A stretch of DNA of 33,110 nt from a virus. Its lineage: Duplodnaviria > Caudoviricetes. The stretch lies in the IMG/VR virus record IMGVR_UViG_3300027227_000012, positions 1 through 33,110 of that record; one strand, 5' to 3'. Below are positions 1 through 9,500 of this stretch, one piece after another (the stretch's first letter is position 1; the number at the start of each line of letters is the position of its first letter). Position numbers and translations under genes: made by a program. The notes beneath the pieces were generated by a model. The model worked only from the letters and a program-made list of their open reading frames with translations. It was not told where the DNA came from and did not search any database.

Positions 1-522
1 ATTGATTATCTATCGCCTCAGTATAGGAACATCATGTGTAACAACATCTGTGAGGACAACCACTCAGGTGCCTTCGGATATATTGTTAACTCAGCATTTA
101 AGCATGTCGTTGATCGTAAGTATAGTAATGTACACGTCATCAACCACAAGCGTTTTATAAACCACTACATAATTGGAAGACATGGGTTTATCATCAGCCA
201 TGGCAAAGACTCTCGCAACCTTAAGTTCGGCTTCAAGGTCCAACTTGATTCAAGAAGTGTTGAGAAAATATCTCAGTACATTAGACACGCCCAAGACATA
301 AGGTCATGCGACTTTGTTGAGTTCAGTAAAGGCGACTCACACCAAATGCTATTTGACTACAGCTCGTCTGATGAGTTTGACTACTTTAACTACCCGGCAT
401 TCTCGCCAAGTTCAGAGTGGGTTCAGACCAACTTTAAAAAAGGCCGATCAGGATTTGTATTCTTCCAGATCGACCTTGATTCCAATCGTAAGGTTGTTAT
501 GCCTTACTTCTTTAATATCTGA
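1..522 (+). CDS. Metallophosphoesterase-like (calcineurin-like) protein, C-terminal part; 5' end lies outside the window
   Basis: The frame is open from base 1 (IDYLSPQYRNIMCNN...), so the ATG at 34 is probably internal. Motifs EDNHSG, SHGKD and KGDSH resemble the GNH, H and GHxH metal-binding motifs of calcineurin-like phosphoesterases. Stop TGA at 520-522 overlaps the end of the convergent giant gene. Confidence 0.55.
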   Translation: MDYLSPQYRNIMCNNICEDNHSGAFGYIVNSAFKHVVDRKYSNVHVINHKRFINHYIIGRHGFIISHGKDSRNLKFGFKVQLDSRSVEKISQYIRHAQDIRSCDFVEFSKGDSHQMLFDYSSSDEFDYFNYPAFSPSSEWVQTNFKKGRSGFVFFQIDLDSNRKVVMPYFFNI

Positions 523-3500
523 TCAGCCGTCTCACCGTCTTGAATTCTCTTCAAGTCTAGGTAACCATAATCACCGGTAAGCTCTATTAGTTTGGCGTAT
601 TCTTTGCCTTGACTTTCTGTTAGGCCGCCAAATCTTTCGGCAAATTTAATAGCCTCCACAAGCGTAGGCACCTTCTTGGTGGTATTCATCACCAAGCTTT
701 CCTCCCAATCTTTTGGCTTACGGCCAAGCTCAGTCTTTAACTCACTAGTGTTCTTAAACTTAGTCTCACTAATTGATCTCTTCTTAACTGTAGCTACAAC
801 CTTTCTTGATACCACACCAGCATCTTTAGGTACAAGTCCTGTTGAGTATAGTACCATTGGTAGCAATGTCCACTTGACAAGCTCTTGGTCTTTCTTACTG
901 ATGTACTTTTTCTTTGGACCAAATCCCATGTCATCCTCAAACTCACCTGTGTAGGCTAGTTGTGCCATATCAGCAAGCTCAGTGTATGTGTCAAATGCGA
1001 TTCCAGGCACACCATACTGACGACCTAAGCTTTCTTTTTGGAATGTCACAGCGTATGTGTTCTTGTCTTTAAGATTCTTAATAAGATTAGCTTCTTGCTC
1101 AGCGTCCATTGGGTCCTGACCTTTAAGCGCTCTTGCATCGTTTTGATCTTGAATAGCTTTATCGATATCTTCTTTTGATATCATTGGGAAGTTGCTCATC
1201 AACTCATCAAAACCAAATACTACAGCGTCGTCAAATAATGGAAATGGAGATATAACATCAGACACTAAACTCTTAACAGGGAACTTAGTCGCGTTCCATT
1301 CCTTCTTGGTCATTTTAATACCAAGGAATGAGCGTTCTTTTTTTTCTTCCTCATCGTCTTCACCTGTAATATAGGCTGCAAGTTGATCGTATACCATCGT
1401 CTTAATAAAGTAAGCTATGCTTTGGTATGCTAACATCTCAGCACTTAATCCAACTAATGATCTAGCTGCCTTCTTTTTATCCTCTGAAGATGTTTCAGCA
1501 CCTACACCGAACAAAGCAATCAAGTCATTATGCATACGGTTCTTCTGGTTGATGATGAACGTAGCAAATGGAAGTATAACTTTTCTTGTGACGCTTTTCC
1601 ACGGATCAGGAGAGTTCATAAATGAACCAGCCAGCTTCTCATCTGAGATGTTTTGTTGACGGTCAACCATCATCTGTGCGTAGTTCATGGCCTCTTGATT
1701 CCATTCATGTGTTTGCCAGTCAATGTCAGTTGACATTCCGTTTGTCTTTAAGTAATTCTTGTAGTAAGAAATAAACGACGATCGAGCAACCCATACGTCT
1801 GGTTTAGACAATAAGGCTTTCATGTACATCTGACTAACCTTCTCAATGGCCTTACCTATCTCAGCTGCCGTTGCACCCTTCTTGTCAATCAATGCATCAA
1901 CAGACTCAACACCTGATATAGCCTCAATACCACGATTAGCAATTGGCATACCTGATCGGTTGATAGCTGCATTCATCTCAAGGTTAAGGCCATCAAAGCG
2001 ACCGGCATTAATTAAGGTGTTGATGATAACTGGAGCGGTCTGCTTGATTGTTTGATCGAATCCACCTAATGCTTTACCAACACCAAGGCTACCTAAGAAG
2101 TTAGCTACTCTCTCAACTGATCTCATACTATCACGGTTAAAGGCAGTCTTTCCTTTAACAGCAATGATGTAGTTGTTGATACGACGAGTAAGAATTTTTC
2201 TGTCGTCACCGTTGACAATTTTCTTGTATCCATCTGACTTAATAAATCCATCGACCTGACGAATAGCAGGAGCTGTTTCAATATCAATCATGGCACCCTT
2301 AAGACTAGAGAAGTTATTGACGTCAAAGTCAAGGCTAACAAAACGTCCTTTCGGCAAAGCCTTTGGTCTAGTTGTTTCGATCAATACACCTGACTTATTC
2401 TTGTCAGTGTACTCAAGACCAGCCATAAACGCGCTGCCTTTCTGTAGTAAATTTTCATCTAACTCGATGTCAGACTCATCAAGTCCTTTATATCTATCAG
2501 GGGTATAGCTAGTATCACTTCCAAGTATTGCGTTGTATACAGATAAACTAATGTCAGATAGGTCGCTGTACTTCTCAGCCCATTGCTGCGTCATCCAGTT
2601 AACAGCATCAATATTCATTTGCTCAGCATTTGCTTTAATGACATCAAGATCCTGGCTGTTTACTTTTAACTTATCAAAAACCTGCTGATAAGCCTCACCC
2701 ATTTTTCTCTCTGTCTCTGATCCATTCATCAATGCATTGATGGACTCCTCAACCATCTTGATACGACGTAAGAATTCGTTACGCATCTCTGTTTTGGTTC
2801 CAGCTAAATTTCTACTTAAGAAGGCAATCATACCTCTCTCGTATACATTCTCAGCCTTCATGAATCCCTTACCTTTATAGAACTCCTGACTAGTATAGTC
2901 TTTTGCGATCATTTTATGCTCTCTGTCAGCTTTAGATGCTCCTCTGATTACATCAGTAAGCCCCATCTCTGACATAAGCTTAAGACCCTTCTTCATTCCT
3001 GGAAACATTCTCTCAATGAGCAATGGCAATGAAACGAACTGCTCACCAAAGAAACGACCAACAGCTTTATTCCAATACATTTTGAGCGGTCTTGACTTAA
3101 GGCCAGATGCAGCTAGTTTATTGGCGTTATCATTTCCAATGTATCCTTTTACCACAGCCTCAAGACCACTAGTGATTCCATTGTTGATGAAGTTATCCAT
3201 CGCCTCGAGAACTTGAGCGGCTTGCTTAACTGACAACTTATCGATGTCGAACTTAAGAACCTCACGCATCAAATCTCTTTGGTTTTGCGTTAAATCAAGT
3301 GCTTCGTCTGTGAAGATATCTTTATTGTTCACAATCATCTCTTCTATCACACCAGCCATAAAATCAAAACGATTTTTCAAAAAGTTAAGCTTCTTGTCAG
3401 CGTTTTCAACTTCATATTCTTCAGCTGCAATGATGTCGATCATCTCTTGGATCTCCTTAGCAGTCATGTCGTCAGTAATGATTCCTGCTTCAACCAAGTA

Positions 3501-6500
3501 CTTATTTAGTGCAAGTAATTCAGCTTTTTTATTCGCTTCTTGGCGTTCAACCTGAGCTGTTGTGTACTCGCTAATAGCTTCAATGTCAGCAGCTTGACGA
3601 AGTGGAACCTCTGTTTCTCTGACAGGACGAACAGCATTAAGCACCTTCTCTGCATTCTCGATATACTGGTCAATATCCTCAACCATAAACGGATCAACAC
3701 CAGAGAACTTTTTAGCCATACCAGCAACCTCAGCCTGTAAGTCTTTTGACTTCATGGCTTTTTTGATTGACTTTCTGATCTTGGCTGCCTTACTTAATGT
3801 CTCTTGGTAGTCAGCTCTATCGAACACTCTTTCTGCATAGCTGATCAATCTATCAACCATCACAGGGTTGTCAAGGTTAACTCTGCTTACCTTATTGATG
3901 ATGCTTCTGGCCTGAACGGCTGTAATCTTTCCCTGTCTCACCATACCGGTTATAGCAGCTGCAAGTGCTTTTCTTTTGGCATTCAGATCACCCTTAGCTT
4001 CACGAGCGGCCTTGGCTTCAAGTCTAATTTGCGACTTGAGTGCTTGCATTTGATTAACCTCTATTACATCAGACTTAGCAGATGAGACTATTTTGTAGAT
4101 TTTATCAGCAGCAGCGTCCAAAGTTTTTTGGTCTTTAACTGATGATATGATGTTGATTACAGACTTTAGTTCAGCTCTAGTAAGATTAACTTGGTTTGCT
4201 TTATCTTTAAAGAAAGCAGTAATAGCTTTAACTGCTTGAGAAACAGACTTAGCGCCTTCTCTAGCAGCACGAGCTTCTAATCTTATTTGATCTTTTAAAG
4301 CAGTGACTTTGTTTACAGTAACTTTTTCAACTGGCTTGTTGATCGTCTCAACCATGAACTTGATAGCGTTCAATGCATCTTTTTTGGATACATTCTTCTG
4401 CTCAGCAGCTTGAATGATTGCATCTTGTAAAGTTATACCGGTCTTAACCAATACTTTAGCAAGCTTGATAATAGCTCTCATTGTAGCCACAGGTATATTG
4501 ATACCAAGTGTTTCTCTTCCAAACTTGGCTAAATCATCGTCAGCTTTGTTCAGGGCGTTTTCTACTCTTTTTAATACTGTAGGATTTTTAGTGTCGGCAG
4601 TTAGAATTCCTCCTCCATCGGTCCCCCCGACAGTATCTCGTTCATTTCCATCTCCTCTTCCTTCGACACCTTGCGCCCCAGCGCCATCTCCAGACTCTGT
4701 CTGAACAGGTCCTGCCCAGGTTGGATCTTTGATTCCACCGGCTGATTCTTTGGCTTGTTCTCTTGCTTCATCGATTGTAATTTTTCCATCTTGATAGTCT
4801 TTCCAAATGTTATTAATTTTTGCTACTTGAGCTTTATTTCCTTTAAATGTGTCTGTATATAAACCACGTACAGCCTCCCAGGTAATACTTTGTACTTGTC
4901 TTGGCAATAGACCGGCTTCTTTGGCGGCTAATGCGTATGCGTCTGCATAAGCATAGTACAAACCTTTAATACCAAGTGGTGCGGAGTTTGCGGTTTTGGT
5001 ACCAAAGTTCTGACCTACTTGGGTAGATTTTCCAGATAAAGGTAACAATAATGCTGCTGCAATCGCATGAGTATCCATAGTAACATCACCATCATTACTC
5101 ATTGGATCAATGATGTTGTTATAGAAGTTCCTGATCTTATGCATCTCACCTAAAGATCTTGTGATGTTCTCCTGGCTACCGTCATTTTTAATCGCGACAG
5201 CTTTTCCAATCTCACTATAAGATCCCCAAGCAACCTTAGCTTTTGCTCCGTTGTTCTTTTTAGCAACACCTTGAACACTACCATCAGGAGCTACAATGTT
5301 GTAGTCTTTAGTAGTGTTTACCTCATGGTATGTTCTAACCATATATGGCTGAACAGCAGCAGGAACATCATTTAAATTCTTGCCTATATATTTATTAAGC
5401 ATAGTTATTACAGCGTCAGCTTTTTCAATAGCTTCTTGTAATTTAACTTTAGCTTCTTCAAGTGCTTCTTTATTGGCTTTAGTTCTAGATTCGCTGTATT
5501 CTTTTTGTGCTAATTTTAATTTTTTTCCAGCTGACTTAGCTCCATCATAAAGGCCTTTCTTATTTACACCCTTCTGATAATCAACCATTTCTTTCGTCAT
5601 GACTGGGTTATCTTTGTAGGCCATCAATACCATCTCAGCTAAACGAACATTCTGATACCAGTCTTTTTGAGGAGACATCGCGGCAATAATGCCTGCTGCT
5701 TGCTCTGCTGATACGCCAAATTGCGCAGCAAAATCATTTGCTATAGCATTGGCACCATCATACCAAAGAGTTGATATCTCCCTATACTCTGGCTTAAATT
5801 CAGCCATTAAGTAGTTAAGATTGTCAGCCACTTCTCTAACAAATACATCATATATCTCTTGAGCTTGCTCAACTGTTGTGGCTGTTTTGAATTTCTTCTT
5901 ACCAGCAACTAGTGGATACTTGGCAATAATATTTGCGTTAGAGACAAATGCCTTTGGTGCATTTTTCTTAACGTATTCGATGGATAAGTCTTCAGTCTCT
6001 TCGATAACCTTTTTACGGTCAACTGTTTTAACTGAAAGTCCTTTCGATATACGTTTACCAGGTCTAGCCTTAGCCCTAACTTCATTTACGTCAATCTCAG
6101 ATACTTTCGTAGGAGTGAGTAATGATTTTACATCTCTGTCAGATAGATTATACTCAGCGGCAATTTGTTTGATAGCTTGTTCAAGTGTTACACCGGCCTG
6201 CACGAGTGCTTTAACAGCCTTTACAATTGTCTTAGCTAAAGCAACTGGAATGTTTACACCAAGAGTCTCTTTACCAAACTGATCAAGGTCCTTCTCAATC
6301 TTATCCAAAGCATCAAGTGCTTTCTGTAGATTGGTCGCATCTTTGGTGTCTGCTTGTAGAATATCTTCCTCCATATCACCTGCACGTCCTTCGGTCCATG
6401 TCCACTCAGGCATTAGACCTACTTTTTGATCAGCAAAAATGGTATCTTCACCACTCGCAGTTCTATTTTGCTCTCCTTTAGGCCCGTAGTTTACCCAAGA

Positions 6501-9500
6501 GTTTTGACCTCTTGTTTCACTCGTCATAGCACCTATAGCACTTCCTGTGTACAATCTTGAATGAGCTTGCCATGCATTCTCTTCTCCTCTTGCTCTAAAA
6601 CCAGCGCCCTCAAGCCCATGCCCAAATGTGTCATGTACAGCTCTAAATAAATCATTTGCTGTAACAATTTTCATTTCTCCATCTAGTCCACCTGATGGCC
6701 ACATGATTCCTGTGTCCTCCAATAAAGGATTTTTAGACACATCCATATCTTCATTTGAACCAAAACCTTGTTCTGTTGGGAAAACACCCATCTGTTTGTT
6801 TTGGCGCAAATCACGCATAGCATTATACGGAGATGATATGTAATCAATATTCTCGGGATTCTTTACATCAATAAACCAAAACTTATAACCAGCATCTATC
6901 AGCGCTTGATATTGAGCCTTAGTTTGTTTTATTAATTCAGCATACGCCTCTTTAACTTTTGGATTTTGAGGATCGTCAGCCATCTGCTCGTAGGCGTCGG
7001 CTATTCTCTTAGCTCTTTGTTCGTCTAATTCGACGTACTCTCCTTGTCTTTTGAGATCAATATCGTTTTCATCTGCATATTTTTCAGCAACTGATACAAG
7101 TCCTGGGTCTGGTCCGGTTGCCCCTTGGATTGTTGGAGCACCTTCGAGAGGCGCATTTTTGCTGATTGCAGGCCGTGCTGTTCTTCCGTCTCCGGTTCGT
7201 TCGGATTGTATGTTTCCTTTTTCATTTTGTACAAAGTTAGTTTCTTTTTGGTTATCTTTTGCTATATTTTCATCTTTTAATGAATATATTACACTACCAT
7301 ACTGTGCATTATCCAATTCTGTACCCCTTGAATCGATACCATCAAAACCTAAAGCTTTCATAACTACCGTTGATGGAGAATCAACATCGCTTTTATTTAT
7401 TTCGCTTATGATTGATTGTATTTTTTGATCTTGTTCAGTAACACTTTTGGTATAAGCCTCAAGTTCTTGATCAGATGAATTTCTACCTATTGGTAGTACT
7501 TCTGATTTGCCAAGATAGTTTAATAACGATTCAATCTTATATTTTAAGTCTTGTTCGTTCTTATTTCTACCTATAGACAAATTATTTATATCCTTTAGAG
7601 CATCATGAAGCTCAATAGTTCCTTTAGCTAAATTATATCCACTTAAATCAATAGGATTGGTATTTCTACCATCATACTGATCTGCCTTATCTTTAGTTCC
7701 AAAGAAATAAAACCCGGTGCCAAAATGTCCAGTGCTTCTATCGCCGCCTTCGAACTTCCCTTTTGTTTCTGCTTTATTTACTAAATCACCAGATCTATAT
7801 CCAACTTCTTGCACAGCAGGTGCTTGCTCTAGTGAATTTATAAATCTATCTGCCCTTGGCATTCCTTCTTTTTCTCTAGCGTATGAAATAGGGTCTGCTG
7901 CTAATTTATCTAGAGCTGCTTGTTTTTCTTCTTGAGGTACTCCAACGTATGTTTCATTTATAACATTAGTCTCCTCCTGAACATATGCGTCTATAAGGCT
8001 CTGCCTTTCTTCTGACTGAACTATTTCTTGGGCTTGGCCACCTTCTTGGGTAACTTCTTGAGGTCCTGCTTCGGGTTTTCCTTGCGCCACTTCTCCGCCA
8101 ACTCTGGCTTCTGGCTGTACAGGAATTTCACTTGTTGTTTGCTCTTGAACGGCATTTTCTCCAATTTTTGTTAGTTCTTCATTGATTGCCTTGATGCGCG
8201 CCTCTAATGGTGCAACAAGGTTGGGGTCCTTCCCTGCTTTTTCTCTTGTTAATTGAGCTCTCTCTGTGATTAAAGAAAGCGATGTATTCATATCTGCTGT
8301 AGACAAACCATTTGGCATCATGTCAAATGCTGCCTCAATCTCATTTAAATTATTTAAGTTCTGCTGCGCTTTTGACTTGGTGATCTTGCCATCCAACATC
8401 TGTGTCTTCATGGATGCTACGTATAGCTTCTTGAAGTTGCTATCTGCAACAACATCCTTTAAGAACTTAACGTCATCTTCATTGTACAAAGAAATGTTGC
8501 CATTAACTACAGCTTGTAATACTGTACCGACAGACCCCATTGTGAAACCTCCAATCATCTCAGCAACACCATCTTCAAATGTTTTAGAGCCTAGTTCTTT
8601 TAAGGTATCAGCTGTATCAAAATATTCACCTTGAGTTAATTTTTTCTTTTGCTCTTCAGTCATGCCGCTTTGCTGAATCCAGTTGTATGCCTGTTTCAAT
8701 CCTTGGTCTAGTACTAGAGCTTGCGTAAAACCGGTCTCAAATTCAGCGACACCAGCCTGTGTTACACGAATTAATCCCTTAGCTAAAAGACTTTCAACCT
8801 CTTTAGCTGCAACTCTCTCAAGCGCTTCTTTAGTTGCATTAGCTCCTACTTTTTTAGCAGACTTAATAGCAACATCCATCATTACCTTACCTAAGAATGA
8901 GTCACCCTTAACTAAGTTTTGTAGACCTACATTCTCAAGAACACCCATACCTGCTGCGTATGGTATCGCAATAATAGCGCGATCCCCTGCAGAAGTATAT
9001 TGGAAGTCAGGGTCACTAAGCATCTCCTCTTCAATTCCACTATAAGCCTGTAAAGCTAGCCCAGTAAAACCAGCCGCTTTTCCGGCTATACCGGTTGCCA
9101 TCGCAGGGAGAGACTCGAGAACACCACCTATGGCTTGGGTAATAAATCCTCTATCACCAGACTTCATATACTCAAGTGTGGTTCCTTCAGCTCCAAGCGT
9201 TTTAATGATAGATTCTTTGGCTTCGTTTTTTGCCTTGAGCATTGCCTGATTGTCAAGCAAGTTTTCAATCTGATCTTTGGTTAGGTTCTTGCCATTATAT
9301 TTTATTGACTTATAGTAAGCCTTTTCTTCTGGAGATAACTGATCGTATCTTTTTTCAGCAGATGCTTCCAAGGCGGCAAATGGTTCAACAAAGGCCATTG
9401 ACACACCAGTCAATACTTTATTAACTAAAAACCCACCTAAGTTACCCTCTTTTTCTTTAGCGGCAACATACTTACCTGCCACTAGGTTTAGCTTATTTTG

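Noticed and set aside
314-580. 88-aa plus-strand ORF
   Set aside because: Alternative frame overlapping two better-supported genes.
2316-2330. DFDVN in the giant protein as a possible RNA polymerase DxDxD motif
   Set aside because: The third Asp is missing and the context is not that of the two-barrel polymerase catalytic loop.
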